Part shown: positions 41,601 through 50,526 of the stretch, one piece after another
Numbering within the stretch: position 1 is the first letter of the stretch
Layout: each line of letters starts with the position of its first letter
Source: a virus
Strand: one strand, 5' to 3'
Length of the DNA: 64,000 nt
Virus record (IMG/VR): IMGVR_UViG_3300030106_005394
Span: 8,705-72,704 of that record
Notes under the pieces: generated by a model
What the model saw: the letters and a program-made list of their open reading frames with translations, nothing else
Database searches by the model: none
What the model was told of the DNA's origin: nothing
Program-made: the position numbers and the translations under genes

Positions 41601-44600
41601 CTTCCTTAGGGAATGTAGTTTTGGCTGGCTCTAGTGAAGGGCAACTTTCCGAGATTAAGAACAATGCGGAGGTTATCGGGGAGGTTTCAATTAAGATTGA
41701 TGACATGCCAGAAAGCCTGCAGGTTGAGCTAAAGTCGGCACTTGAGGCATACGGAACAAATGATCCACGCATTGCTGAAAAGCTAATGTCAATATCGAAG
41801 AACCCTGTTGTTCTTGAGTATGCCTTGGGGCTATTTCGGGGAAACAGGTGGCAGCGCAGTGATGACTCCTCAACCTATTCTGTCAGCTCAAGAAACCCTT
41901 GGACATCGGCAGCGGGCACAACTCAGGTTTTTGACTCCAGAAAGAATTTCAATACCCAGTCCCTTCGGAACTTTATACATAACGGAATGGGACCCATGGG
42001 AGGCAGGAAGGGATACAGCCAGCAGTTTCTTCAATATGTATTCAGGCAGTTCTTTACTGACATCAACTACATCTCAAGCGAGGGGGACACAACTGTGTTC
42101 TCCCAAGCTACGGCGGATACTATAATAAAAGAAGCTCCACTTAGGGGGTCAACAAAAGAGCAGCTGCTTGAGATTAAGAGGCGCAACGAACAGCAGTGGG
42201 CGCAGGTCGTGGGAAGACTTATGGCTGGTGGCCTTGGGCCAACATACCTATGGGACCCATCGTCTATACCCTCCTATGTACCTGACAGGCCAAGCATAAA
42301 TAGAGAAGACATAGACAGGGGTGAATTTGGATTCCTTGGGCTTGATCCCAATAGGCTTAATGCGGCGATAAGTAATAATGAAGACATAAGCAAGCTAAAG
42401 CCAGATGCTGAACTTATATATGAGCAATACCAAAAGGCGTTAGAAAGCCGAAAGATAACCTACCGAGAAATTGACGAGGCAGACCTAGCTGGGCTAACCC
42501 CAACCCAGAGGGAAGAGTTTATTAATGCCGAAAGGGTTAGTGCCATTGAGGCCATACTGGATATAGGCAAGAACGAGCCATCAAATAGAACCATAGGCAG
42601 CTTGGCTATGGTCTTGGATAATGCCGTACTTGCATCAAAGACTCCTGAGATGCTTGAGGCATACATACAGGACGTATTGGATAAGGGTGGAGATATCCAC
42701 CAGCATTGGTCTCGTTTGATACTTCAAGACCCAGACGGGGTTGTTAGCGATCAGGAGGGATATAGGGTTGGTGGCTCTCAGGGGACTAGGGAATACTCAA
42801 CACCAAGAGAGTTTGTTGATGCTCTATACCAGAAGGCTGCCGATATAGTTTCGGACATTACTGAAGCTGTTGGCGGTGTTGGCGTAAATAGAAATTTGGT
42901 AGCGGAAGCCCTGCGGGGACAAACCGACCACTCTCCCACCAATGAATACAAATCAGCAACAGAGCCAGACGAAAAGATAGACCCAGACGCTCACATATTC
43001 CATTCAGCGGAACCCCTAGAAGGCCAACTTGACTTTGACGGCCAACCAATGACAGGTCCTGTCCTTACTTCATCAGATAAGGCAGAGAGACATAACGCAT
43101 CAGTATACGCAAAGACTCCATCCAGAATACCAGTAGCTCCTCCAATACAGGAAACCATGGTAGAGGACAACAATAGGGCGGTAGACATCCTATTGGATAA
43201 CAACCTCAACTCCGAGTACGCGGGTAAGCTATTGCACAGAGTGGCCGCGAGGGGAAATGTGGACGAGTTCACAAAGGAGATAGCAGATAGGCTAAGGAAT
43301 GCCCCTGCCTTACGTAGTCTACCTATCAACTTTGAACAGTGGGCCACCTTTAAGCATAAGGCGTACACGAAGTCGGGTGCCTTCGGGAAGGCATACTACA
43401 ACGCCACCACGAAGTCGGTACACATCTCAAAGGATGCCTTCCGAATCAGGGGCGCGGATGTAGATGCCCAGCTTGACTACATAATAGTTCACGAGATATT
43501 CCACAATGTACTCCGAGATGCCCTAACGCAGAAGGCCCAGATAAGAATAAACGATATCACCGAGTACAGGGTTGCTTACCTAGAGGATGAGGCAAATGAG
43601 CTTTTCAATGAGATAAAGAAGATAGATATACCAGCGGAGTTTGCGCATCAGGTATCCAGTATGGAGGAGTTCCTTAATGCGTCATGGAGCGACAAGAGGT
43701 TTTCCGAATGGCTTAGCAGCCAATCCCCAAAAAGCGCCAGCGGTAGCAAGTTCAAGAACTTCTTAGACTGGTTGCTTGACATATTCTCAAGGGTCATAAG
43801 CAAAATAACCCAGCGGCAAGACAAGAGGGAGGACAGGAAGTCCCTGAGCAGAATCCACGAAAGGGTTAAGGCCTTGACCGAGGCCCTAGTGCCCTTCCAG
43901 CCCCCAGAAGGCCTTGCGGGCAAGGTGTTCCGTAGCAGGGGGAGGCATGACCAGATAGCAAGATCCATTTCTTTTTCTGGGTATGAATTAGATGGCAATA
44001 ATATCCGCGCGCTTCGGAGCAGCCTAATCTCTGATTACGTAAGCGATTTCAAGGCCGCCGAGGTCGAGAACCCATTTGAGGACTATGAAAAAGAACTCGA
44101 TAGATTAAAAAAAGAAGTCATCGAGGAGGAGGGGGGCTTGAACGATGATTACCTGTTGACCCTAAAAGAAAGAGCTGCCAAGGCGGTCGGGCAGTCCCTC
44201 CGGAGGGGACAACCTGTGCGGCACTTATACGAAACCCACTCTTTTGGGAGATACAAAACAGTTGGGGTGCTGTTTGACGAGATATATAAGTCCGCTAAAT
44301 CTAGACTGCCTGCCGACTCTGCAAATATCAAGCTACTGAAGGCGCTAGACAAGGCCCTTAATTGGGACGTGTCAAATGCCCAGCCGATAAGGGAGGCCAA
44401 GCTTGTCCCCATTGAAGATCGCATGGGCTCCTCCAGAAGAGGGCGGGTTGGTCTAAAAAGTGACGCTAGCGTTGGCACCTTTATTCATGAGTTAATTCAT
44501 CAATTTACTCAGCCAGAAATCAGAGCCCTTGAGCGGGCGCATCTCAATGAGCACGCCAACTACATTGAGTTCGCAAGGGCTATAGCAGAATCCGATAGTG

Positions 44601-47600
44601 GAAGCTCCGCATCAAAGGTGGCCCAGATGTACATTAAAGTGATAGATTCTCTTCCTAGAGATATGCGTCATACGCTCGTTGCTGGCGAAACGTACAACCT
44701 TGGGAAACCTATGAGGAGATTGAACTGGAGGGGGCTGATTGGAAAAGATGTGTCTTCGGGTATTGCATATGGGTTAAGTAGCCTGCATGAGTTTTACACC
44801 CAAAGCCTAACTGACAGTGATTTCCAGAGTCTTTTAGCTGATATTTTTGTAGACAGAAGCTCCACTGTCCTGACCGAGCTTCAGGATGCATTCGCCAATC
44901 GGTTTAATACTATTGCCGATACAATGCTGGATCTCGTACTCGCCTCCGAGGCTTACGCTCCGTCATACGCGCTACCAGAGGAAGGAAAAGCAATGGACCT
45001 CAGCGATCGGCGAGACATCACCGAGCAATATCTAGACTCTCTGCCTGTTGAAAGAGACTCGGACGATGATGTTTTACTATTTAGCTCAGAACCCAACCCA
45101 GATGTAACAATCACCCCAGATGAAAATGTTGCCCACCAGATGCTGCAAGAGCTTGGTGGAGCAAATACTGTACTCAAGGAGATGGAGGTTGTTCTGTCCG
45201 AGCTTGCTGAAGAAGGTTATGTACCAAGCACGAAGGAGGGAGAGGAGCCGCTTGCTGCATTCGTAAGGGAGTACGGCATAGTTGAGGGCAAGCCAATAAC
45301 CTACCACATTAATAAGCTATCAAAGTACGCCGAGGCTATAGGTGAAGACCCGAAAAATGTTGGTCTAGGCTGGGGAGGCAACGATGTAAACTTTAAGATG
45401 CAGTCAGCCCAGCTGGCAATTAAGTACCTTGAGATAATAAGAAAGAAAGCAAGAGATCAGGCAGAGTCTTCAGCTACATCCATAGATAACCTAGAGACCG
45501 AGATCGAGGAGCTAAAGAAGCTACTTGACCCCAAGCAAGCATTTGAAACCTCAAGGAATGGACGCACACTAAAAGGCAAGTTTACCACCACAATCAATGG
45601 TAAAATCAAGAAACTCAAGGCAACAAATACAGACCAATCCCTTGCCTTGGCAGAAGAGCTAGAGTCTATAAAGGGCGCAACAAGCACCCAAAGGGTTGTG
45701 GACACGTTGATACATGTAGTAGACAGGGATGTAGACATAAAAGGACCTGTCGAAGATATATCCAGCGCAATATACGACCTAACTAATGATCGTAATTACT
45801 CAGATGTAATGGCTGAAGTAATACAATCCTCTCCAACCTCATTTGCATTCATGCAGATATCAAGAGGAACGCTACCTAATCAGCAGGAGCTAGTGGATGA
45901 AATATCAAATTACGCCAACTACTCAAGGATCAAGCTTGAGATGGAGGTACCCAAGCTAACAGGCGATGACTTCGAAACTAAGATCAAGCGACAATTCGCT
46001 GAAAGGTGGAGAGACCTTAGGCTCAAGGAGGCGGATATTGAGTACGAGCGTTCAGTTAATTCAGTTGGTAGGGAGATTAACAACAGACTATTTCCATTAA
46101 GACAAAAGCTCGGAGTTATACTTGGAGACATGGAGCCATTCTCGTTAAGCGATGGCGTGACCATGATCCACATGAAGCAGACTGGCGAAGGCAATTGGAC
46201 GTCTGGTACTTATGTAATCAGACTAGGCAATGACATGTCCCCTGCTGACTTGGATGAATATAATCAAGTAGTAGGAGATAACCTTAAGTTCCTCAGAGAC
46301 AAGAGTAACGACAGGTACAAGGATGAGCCATTCTATGATATAGTAAAGACCCAGACCAATGAAGCCGCCAAGGCTCCAACTATGAAGGAGTGGCATGAAT
46401 CAAGGCGTGCATCATACTTCTCGGTAGTACAGAGCCTTAGTCAGCAGTTTGCAAACATGGGACTGCTAGGCAAGACCATGAGCCAAATGCTCAATCAAGT
46501 GGTTACGCTACATAAGGCTCACGACTCTTATTTTAAAAATCAATCCTTCAAATGGAACCGCAAGCTTAAAGACGCTGCCAAAGCACTAGGATACAATGAC
46601 TGGCAAAAGCTTATTGAGGGGCCATACACAGACGCCCTCAACTGGCTGGACAACCACCCAGAGCTTATAGGCAAGGGTGATGTTGCGTATGAGCGCATGT
46701 GGGAATACCTAAAAACATCTGGTACTTTTGCAAACCCAGAGAAGGCTACCCTGCTGGGCAAGAAAGCATTCATAGCCTTCATGAAGGAAACGAACACATC
46801 CAGAGAGATGCTTCGTGACTTATCCCTATCCATAGGTAATAAGGTTAAGGCTGTACATAAGGGAGATAACATTATGGTTCAGTCTCCAGTTACAGGAGAA
46901 ATGGTTCCATTGTACAGAGACCCAATTGACGTAGGTCCAGTTACTGTAGCTAGGAGGATAAACAAATCTCTTATTGCCACAGTAGAGGTTCTAAGTAGAG
47001 CAGGGTGGGGCGATATTAAGCCACCAGAAGAAGGCGAGGATATCGGATTGTACCTATCTAGGTACTTCACCCCTCAGGTTGTTGAGCGATTTGTTGCTCC
47101 CTATGCAACAATGAACACAATGACTGAGGCATTCAAGCTCAAGGGTCAGATGATTCCTCAGTCTGTAATCAGATCAGCTTGGATGAAGACAAGCGGAGAG
47201 GGTACGGATAGATTCATAGAGTGGGCTCAAAACTTATCTACCACACTTGGTATGGAGCTTGAGGATACAACCAAGCAGTTGTTTAGCCAACTCCAAGGAT
47301 TCCATAGCGAGATGGTTAGGGTGAAGGATTCTGCCGACAATAAGGAGACCTTCCGAATAACAGACTCAGTAGCTCACAAGATCATGGATGGCCGAGACAT
47401 CAGGACTGTCATGCCCAAGGAGTTCTGGCAGTACGACACATTTGATGAGATGGGCTTCAATATTCAGCTTGCCAATGTTATAACCAATGCGGTTATGGGC
47501 CGAGGTGGAGAGCGCAGGCGAGGAGTACATAACGGGCTGATGGATCAGCTTAGGATTAAAAAGAAAGCTTTTGCTGAGCTTATAAGTCAGGCTGGAGGCA

Positions 47601-49777
47601 GGATGAATATGGTGTCCGAGAAGCCTCAAATGAGGATTAGCGGAAAGGTTCGTAGACGTGCAGAAGCTATACTCAAGGGTCAGGGTATAACAAACCCGAA
47701 GCAAAAGTTTGAGGAACTAAGGTCTGCCGCAGTCCAAGAGGGTCAAGCGAGAAAAGCTTTCGAGATGATGGAGCTTTACTTTGGCGGCAAAGATGGCCCT
47801 TACCAAGATGTTAGGTTCCTTACAGAAATGCTTGGCTTCCATGCGTTCATGCTATTGTCGCAACCAAAGTCCTCAATGCTTAACTTCCTGTCCATACCTG
47901 ATATATTTGTTTTCTCTAGGGGACTCAATAAGATGGGACTAAAGGGAACCGCAAAGGCATTAGGCAATGTGCTGGATCAAGGCTTTGGTGGAATGCTTGA
48001 GTCAATGGGTATACAGTATAAAAGGGCTCATGACTACGCAAAGGATACTGGAGAGATGTTCTTTCACTTTAAGGAACACGAAGCTCCATTTAGGGATCAA
48101 ATTAACCTAGTTGGGCTAAGAGGAACAGGTAAGGCATCCTTTACGGATAGGAGTATATCTGGGGGGCTAGGGCCGATTCCGGGTGTCAAAGGATTATCTG
48201 CTATAGGCAGGGCACAGGCCGCTGGAGTGCGAGACCCAAGTAGACAGCCTCTATCGCTTAGGACGATGATTCCGGGCATAGGAGATCCATTTGGCTATAC
48301 AGCTAGAGTTTCCAACCACAGTATTGCTTTCGGGCTATCGTCGGTATACCACGATCTAGTCCTTGAGGCGTCTAAGTACATAAAAGCCAACAACCTAAAG
48401 CATGGTGATGAGATAACTGCCGAGGATCTAGGTTACGGAAAGGGCGTTGGAGGGATAGGATTCGGTAAGGCGACCCTAGATAACCTTGTTTTTGGAGGAG
48501 TAGAGGGCTGGAATAATTACAACGTAAAGCTAATTGACTCTGGCATTGGAAGTATAGCAGACCTTGCTCACGACTATTTGGCTAGAAAGAAGAACGGAGA
48601 TAATCGGGTATTATCTAAGGATGCTGTTTTAGGTATAGGAACAATTGGCCTGAATGAGGTATCTCTTGATGGGTTCCTTGCTCGAGCACCTTGGCTATAC
48701 ACGTCCCTGCCGGGCCGTGTAGCCGCTCCATTATTGGGTTGGTCACTTGGCAGGATCAATCAAGTTAATGAGTTTATGCGCACGAAGGACGGGAAGCTTT
48801 CGGGAATGCTACTCATTAAGTACATGGCCCTCATGTCTGGAAGCATGATCCCAGCAGGCCTATTCCTGTCCTTGACGCAGGATATCTGGGATGAAGACAT
48901 AACAGGTAAGCCATCTGCCTTAGGTTCCATAGCGCCTACTCAGGCCATACCATTCGTAGGTATGTTCATAAACAAAGACGATCCTAAGTATAGCATCATG
49001 GCCGCAATCGAAAGGGCTGGAAGAACCTCCTCCCCTTATGGGTTGGTGTATGATGCTATCGCTCAAACCATATCATTTGCAGATCCACACTCTCCAGCTA
49101 GAGGATTCTCCCTAGATAGTAGAATACTTATATTCTCTCAATTGAGTGGATTTATGAACATACTCAGAAATGTTGCGTCTACAGGCCTAGAAGGATTAAC
49201 GGATTATGGGACATTCACTAGACCGCTACTTTACAACATGGGAGGCAATGCCTACTTCCATTACCATCAAGCGTTTACAAATCTCATGGGCTCTGACTCT
49301 CAGGAGCGCAGGATGGCAGACATAATAGGTATTAAGAATACCTTACGTAAAGGGGCTAAGGCTACTGGTCTTCCGCTACGCACAGCCATGAAGTTTGGTG
49401 CTGCACCCACTCGACTCTCCATGTACATAAAGCAGATGGAGAGAGCGGCTATTGCAAATGACACAGACGCATTTAGGAATTCATATATTAGTGCGGTGGC
49501 CGTTGCCCGAGCCGATGGCAAACCTAACCCAGAGAAGTATGTTATTTCATCATTTAAGGACAGGGACTTACGCAGGTCTGTTACGGCTAGAAAAATACAA
49601 GATGAGGACTGGTCGAGACTACTCAATGAAATAGACCCTGAGATGAGAAGGAAGATATTGCAGTTTGAGGCTTCCAAGCAGAGGTATATTGAGCTACTAA
49701 GTCCACAAGTAGAAGCCTACAAGCAACCTAGAAGAAAGAGCTTAGCGCAACTCAGGAGAGAAGCATTAGGCTTATAA
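32678..49777 (+). CDS. Giant (5699 aa) internal virion / large polyvalent protein with LysM-like and two zincin HExxH domains
   Basis: Single uninterrupted ORF; EGGTEGFQE membrane-type N-terminal motif; RIERGDTL and VREGTTLADIAK...LVRLNGL LysM-like segments; HEIFH and HELIH. Confidence 0.85.
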   Translation: MSDTYGQTNPYTQRYRVQLKAQGVDTSQLSDDTLTFRLGKRLESEGKSLSKVGGDAFQKQYLDIKNRPAPDMQGPLALPKELYRAGRMSTIGMAGSGLSALGLVADQIPVVGDDLNAWMQEKANALRAESSRYTPTITRPTDIRWNKPDEAMRGAASIAGQAFPSLVQGLVAARTGAVGSKALAKTLSKRIPEGKKVTKRVKGTYVQRDAREDFIEKMEMGGMYAATALNSIGMNAGEIYSSLYDSTLLPESDPEYVDPVDARNASMVGGVISGSADFVLPSMIMSKFLRNTGPKGKHYWSRFVQSLPRNITLEGGTEGFQELVNMMSEKYAKGEPMDWKHMTSSERMRLVDAGILGAAGGAQATLIEALAQPEERPLSSVMAKELEARVKQGKIDQQRRLELADARETSRIGRIFKKGEAILDTSTGKIGTYNRRLSEDFIEIEADGQSQTVPIYRAVKAVPENQQSQFETGDYVTFSDIDVPEQGGIITSISGNRASIDGIDFDVELSKLNKVASKRENEQDRALQNLSKRTRSGNIAAATVNKILNSGLTIDQLKGTTAEGKDFEVVEQGGKYKYNLSSKKAKPVDVKVDPPTAEVQVPQSDINAYVTYATDFINKLKEKPNADLTGDYIYNITRKSFMNKYMKDKGVDAQVANNIWQQSNSNGIAWNLRERGILKGIRVSGETAGERLIADTKEKLGDIRKEYNLKKGVIAYNGNLGVTGRLNESNGRVEVHYISDAIIQTRQVDVGDIEKIKSTGDKASIKRLGFALQQQGIESYREHMDEILRLQGRTDKDIESKKEDVTRSIEEEGNRQAWLSYVSSLESKISEDETKQRNGKGFTDPAGNPNDFGRHYFAKQNISDLEDLYNGTLLNLGIYGDGSNKEYIDALAYYNIPARFNASDIKKVADVKPYYNMARRRFKYHLSKTQKEWESFLIDQYKADKSDKERRARESEAKNEKENERRKKLSQATKNNTPLPPDFEYSNEIVGRIEREHFSGVREGQEDALAIIDSIRSFLYNDGRFSFSEEQPALTGDKMRLYQAFDAHIRKNRGVWTPLVEGHWYKEPHWEKFINYARQEPSMRVKGLVWEDGDQAFPRKQNASLRAEINRWGSFYASWEGTYRDAVSTALGETLPKKLNVEQALLHMDEDFSNYIGENTDSALIQDILTGGEVEGVFTGLFDKLISVSSDAKTDWDTIANLSGGQQYPKLRFLKRPTKYGSHKVASINEDEFAELLAATQFDGANTMVNAWGNAIDITVTKQYKQNTSFKNYVVTDKAWGSEDRYWLEVRRDGGYYYVLLDSGSNDLRNSKRGIDFTEEQHSTSVQPETDTIEESFDEFKSYIGTLIESSIEGLDDYDILNLAAEDIIKNHKDKIPSILKRAKAPKVYDDSDGYEVLPYFVKLLEQAEQQGNLLELAKEQAKNVTEEQRQDALFSEFYKEAGDRISELEDEQAGDIPPDIGLAIMGEERRGIRELSKEWAEWFGRSAYRYLQMSVLRAARSGISLTRVFEEWYTSLIKYISTLTNTNGPVPTDTKARLMKVTNSELFSELLDELSKDKDFLSELTPQQQRNLKDIIKYGDSFGYMTKDSVVDYFDVIEDHMLTRIRVEALISDGDINNDLISQLQDQIGPVSLAEKIRQLQVAEGTGTEEIALHTALVGAENIYSKYNEAISKYDSVEDWTGTEDYRKLRAELQDSLYDKYKSGKGVNPIAELKDIKIPFGQADMFGANEFDPINAFQYEDIDWFNRLDNMDTPEFDWASILGATSYNRYRIERGDTLKGIVNMIAEQSGGDRDKIRDAIIESTNDDLNWIPDPLRSLNDAERMTYNALKAHRTFLESKVRDLGSSLELDEALKKVNKQMDDLTINAEKHNPQTRVEDFDGKAWHEQDIIGSGDNIGRFIIIPSRGGFGQALLDDIKAAEDARRIAIEFSGNEQKAFEALIAEEKAKEAKANLPSPEVQKSVAITVRSLSDENGQLSISDEDKYVNAEATAQKIDSVYAQSQMQAAMQKSTGAGKRAKGPYKKFFGFYSKSTASGLGSYFMVGTYQGKNKRVSIGSDNLPIVKKRPDGEPVINLTGKTFKEVRIQNKSTQQRSAGTYVIYRDNKGNAHFYNSNLFESYAPIMIRPDAFGLDRREGMTLGQFLVEHGDKFSLDGETITFRNPPMLADNQPRVSFKFSSYEDFLNAKNLAYGNVASVAASTGEKTLTGDRKTIKVLRSERNRLAEKIESFDVGDPDKLVNQYKFSHKAKSDELHKIEARSNPLMTGPEQDLDSFNENQRKNYTDDTVATVGQHASKIIKIGERSFQVTDTGVIDATTGLGVDSSKNFIVETLRPSRDIMIELVELSAELSYAGDPTNLYELKPDEIQNKFDRIVELEQKWKDLYSKNENLRYIIEQIGVPKDLGYSFGSRLYSVSQKMTGESQMENTRALEPEVARYIIESLFGRTRLLVPSKYELSIEMTRDIHKRLIKDNPLLSFLDRYIVDLSLKQSIRNVKRGDGKADEFIMDSGVTPVENAIMNDQRVVEVREGTTLADIAKAEGIETWDLVRLNGLIESEALTLRGEFSQQQKKIDVENAEAKFAEKLSRIKGTYPDYEVIILPNIEDSTVEVSRTSDREDTGYSDEDVDISDPDISGDRLGYSNTERMREYLKEEDTGRESEVIEVERRQIKDRSVELSRSLQGEYIDLGEELSELERQGFTTGSIAGKNQTRSNNIRARMREILVTIDRARRKSYWYTIRQNIYGSRIAGSSIELVTPESQALQEARAEQGIVQSQIKLERIEQGISQQSSDLQELRENIKKLGEETITVNTADFDRYANEPADATFVIKRDKHVTFTLEQGKALSELKGKLFNDLSKLGHYYKQIEIFVEAEIEASGLSAARAKRSATISKLRNLMVEKEAAMMESKAWTQVVNITKDPEDAANRVSDLGSTKQALLDYVDEEISTIEEQYTSPIDGTSIKVDMGSLSPSAASEIITSLGNVVLAGSSEGQLSEIKNNAEVIGEVSIKIDDMPESLQVELKSALEAYGTNDPRIAEKLMSISKNPVVLEYALGLFRGNRWQRSDDSSTYSVSSRNPWTSAAGTTQVFDSRKNFNTQSLRNFIHNGMGPMGGRKGYSQQFLQYVFRQFFTDINYISSEGDTTVFSQATADTIIKEAPLRGSTKEQLLEIKRRNEQQWAQVVGRLMAGGLGPTYLWDPSSIPSYVPDRPSINREDIDRGEFGFLGLDPNRLNAAISNNEDISKLKPDAELIYEQYQKALESRKITYREIDEADLAGLTPTQREEFINAERVSAIEAILDIGKNEPSNRTIGSLAMVLDNAVLASKTPEMLEAYIQDVLDKGGDIHQHWSRLILQDPDGVVSDQEGYRVGGSQGTREYSTPREFVDALYQKAADIVSDITEAVGGVGVNRNLVAEALRGQTDHSPTNEYKSATEPDEKIDPDAHIFHSAEPLEGQLDFDGQPMTGPVLTSSDKAERHNASVYAKTPSRIPVAPPIQETMVEDNNRAVDILLDNNLNSEYAGKLLHRVAARGNVDEFTKEIADRLRNAPALRSLPINFEQWATFKHKAYTKSGAFGKAYYNATTKSVHISKDAFRIRGADVDAQLDYIIVHEIFHNVLRDALTQKAQIRINDITEYRVAYLEDEANELFNEIKKIDIPAEFAHQVSSMEEFLNASWSDKRFSEWLSSQSPKSASGSKFKNFLDWLLDIFSRVISKITQRQDKREDRKSLSRIHERVKALTEALVPFQPPEGLAGKVFRSRGRHDQIARSISFSGYELDGNNIRALRSSLISDYVSDFKAAEVENPFEDYEKELDRLKKEVIEEEGGLNDDYLLTLKERAAKAVGQSLRRGQPVRHLYETHSFGRYKTVGVLFDEIYKSAKSRLPADSANIKLLKALDKALNWDVSNAQPIREAKLVPIEDRMGSSRRGRVGLKSDASVGTFIHELIHQFTQPEIRALERAHLNEHANYIEFARAIAESDSGSSASKVAQMYIKVIDSLPRDMRHTLVAGETYNLGKPMRRLNWRGLIGKDVSSGIAYGLSSLHEFYTQSLTDSDFQSLLADIFVDRSSTVLTELQDAFANRFNTIADTMLDLVLASEAYAPSYALPEEGKAMDLSDRRDITEQYLDSLPVERDSDDDVLLFSSEPNPDVTITPDENVAHQMLQELGGANTVLKEMEVVLSELAEEGYVPSTKEGEEPLAAFVREYGIVEGKPITYHINKLSKYAEAIGEDPKNVGLGWGGNDVNFKMQSAQLAIKYLEIIRKKARDQAESSATSIDNLETEIEELKKLLDPKQAFETSRNGRTLKGKFTTTINGKIKKLKATNTDQSLALAEELESIKGATSTQRVVDTLIHVVDRDVDIKGPVEDISSAIYDLTNDRNYSDVMAEVIQSSPTSFAFMQISRGTLPNQQELVDEISNYANYSRIKLEMEVPKLTGDDFETKIKRQFAERWRDLRLKEADIEYERSVNSVGREINNRLFPLRQKLGVILGDMEPFSLSDGVTMIHMKQTGEGNWTSGTYVIRLGNDMSPADLDEYNQVVGDNLKFLRDKSNDRYKDEPFYDIVKTQTNEAAKAPTMKEWHESRRASYFSVVQSLSQQFANMGLLGKTMSQMLNQVVTLHKAHDSYFKNQSFKWNRKLKDAAKALGYNDWQKLIEGPYTDALNWLDNHPELIGKGDVAYERMWEYLKTSGTFANPEKATLLGKKAFIAFMKETNTSREMLRDLSLSIGNKVKAVHKGDNIMVQSPVTGEMVPLYRDPIDVGPVTVARRINKSLIATVEVLSRAGWGDIKPPEEGEDIGLYLSRYFTPQVVERFVAPYATMNTMTEAFKLKGQMIPQSVIRSAWMKTSGEGTDRFIEWAQNLSTTLGMELEDTTKQLFSQLQGFHSEMVRVKDSADNKETFRITDSVAHKIMDGRDIRTVMPKEFWQYDTFDEMGFNIQLANVITNAVMGRGGERRRGVHNGLMDQLRIKKKAFAELISQAGGRMNMVSEKPQMRISGKVRRRAEAILKGQGITNPKQKFEELRSAAVQEGQARKAFEMMELYFGGKDGPYQDVRFLTEMLGFHAFMLLSQPKSSMLNFLSIPDIFVFSRGLNKMGLKGTAKALGNVLDQGFGGMLESMGIQYKRAHDYAKDTGEMFFHFKEHEAPFRDQINLVGLRGTGKASFTDRSISGGLGPIPGVKGLSAIGRAQAAGVRDPSRQPLSLRTMIPGIGDPFGYTARVSNHSIAFGLSSVYHDLVLEASKYIKANNLKHGDEITAEDLGYGKGVGGIGFGKATLDNLVFGGVEGWNNYNVKLIDSGIGSIADLAHDYLARKKNGDNRVLSKDAVLGIGTIGLNEVSLDGFLARAPWLYTSLPGRVAAPLLGWSLGRINQVNEFMRTKDGKLSGMLLIKYMALMSGSMIPAGLFLSLTQDIWDEDITGKPSALGSIAPTQAIPFVGMFINKDDPKYSIMAAIERAGRTSSPYGLVYDAIAQTISFADPHSPARGFSLDSRILIFSQLSGFMNILRNVASTGLEGLTDYGTFTRPLLYNMGGNAYFHYHQAFTNLMGSDSQERRMADIIGIKNTLRKGAKATGLPLRTAMKFGAAPTRLSMYIKQMERAAIANDTDAFRNSYISAVAVARADGKPNPEKYVISSFKDRDLRRSVTARKIQDEDWSRLLNEIDPEMRRKILQFEASKQRYIELLSPQVEAYKQPRRKSLAQLRREALGL

Positions 49778-49780
49778 GGT

Positions 49781-50203
49781 GTGGACTCAAAAAGATTCGG
49801 CACCACATGCGAGGTTGCCTTCAAGCTTCATGCATTAAAGAGGAACCTAGAGGTCTTTCCTTCCGAGGGAGACTTTAGTGTTGTTGACTGCATTATAATG
49901 AACCCAGCAGGTAAGTGCTATAGGGTTCAGATAAAAGGGACAAGCACTATCACTAGCGATGGGATAGATAGACCAAAGCCCAAAAATAAGTATCGAGTAG
50001 TCTGTGGTAGAGGTACGGCAAAAGAATCCTTGAAGGCAACTGAGGTTGATGTGCTTGCATGCTACATAGAGCCTAGGGACGTGTGGTATCTTATTCCCAT
50101 GACCAAAGCCCACGGCAAGAAGTCATTTGCGTTTTTTGTCAAAGAAGATAGTAAGTCTCAATGGTCTCCATTTAGAGACAACTGGGATATTTTCTTGAAG
50201 TAG
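49781..50203 (+). CDS. PD-(D/E)XK endonuclease (group I intron-associated type)
   Basis: GTTCE...GD...VDCII...YRVQIKGT...EVDVLACY...WYLIP. Confidence 0.8.
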   Translation: MDSKRFGTTCEVAFKLHALKRNLEVFPSEGDFSVVDCIIMNPAGKCYRVQIKGTSTITSDGIDRPKPKNKYRVVCGRGTAKESLKATEVDVLACYIEPRDVWYLIPMTKAHGKKSFAFFVKEDSKSQWSPFRDNWDIFLK

Positions 50204-50229
50204 ATTGATCGAAGTATATATTTATAATT

Positions 50230-50526
50230 ATGCCAGCCAAGAAGAAGAGTAGGAGAAATACCTTAGCCAAGGGTGCATCGTCAGCAAAGAAGCTGGCCTA
50301 TCAGCGTAAGTACAATAAGAGTACAAAGGAGAAGCGTAGGCGGGCAAAGCTCAACAAGGCAAACCGAAAAGCAGGTACATACGGAAATAAGGACAAGAAG
50401 GACGTATCGCACACCAAGGGAGGCGGGTATGTCATGGAGTCCGAGAAGAAGAACAGAGGTCGGCGTGGCAAGAAGTCCGTCAAGAGGTCACGCAAGCTAC
50501 CAACTATCAAGCACAAGAAGAAGTGA
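50230..50526 (+). CDS. Very basic protein with a degenerate HNH-like DVSH motif
   Basis: K/R-rich; KDVSHTKGG...ESEKKNR. Confidence 0.65.
   Translation: MPAKKKSRRNTLAKGASSAKKLAYQRKYNKSTKEKRRRAKLNKANRKAGTYGNKDKKDVSHTKGGGYVMESEKKNRGRRGKKSVKRSRKLPTIKHKKK

Noticed and set aside
32678-49777. Virion RNA polymerase motif in the giant protein (DFDVE, DFDGK, DFDGQ)
   Set aside because: None completes the DxDxD catalytic triad and no single-subunit RNAP motifs were recognised; cannot be fully excluded without structure prediction
49781-50203. Group I intron around the PD-(D/E)XK endonuclease
   Set aside because: Flanking genes are intact and there is no non-coding space for a ribozyme core; the nuclease is free-standing
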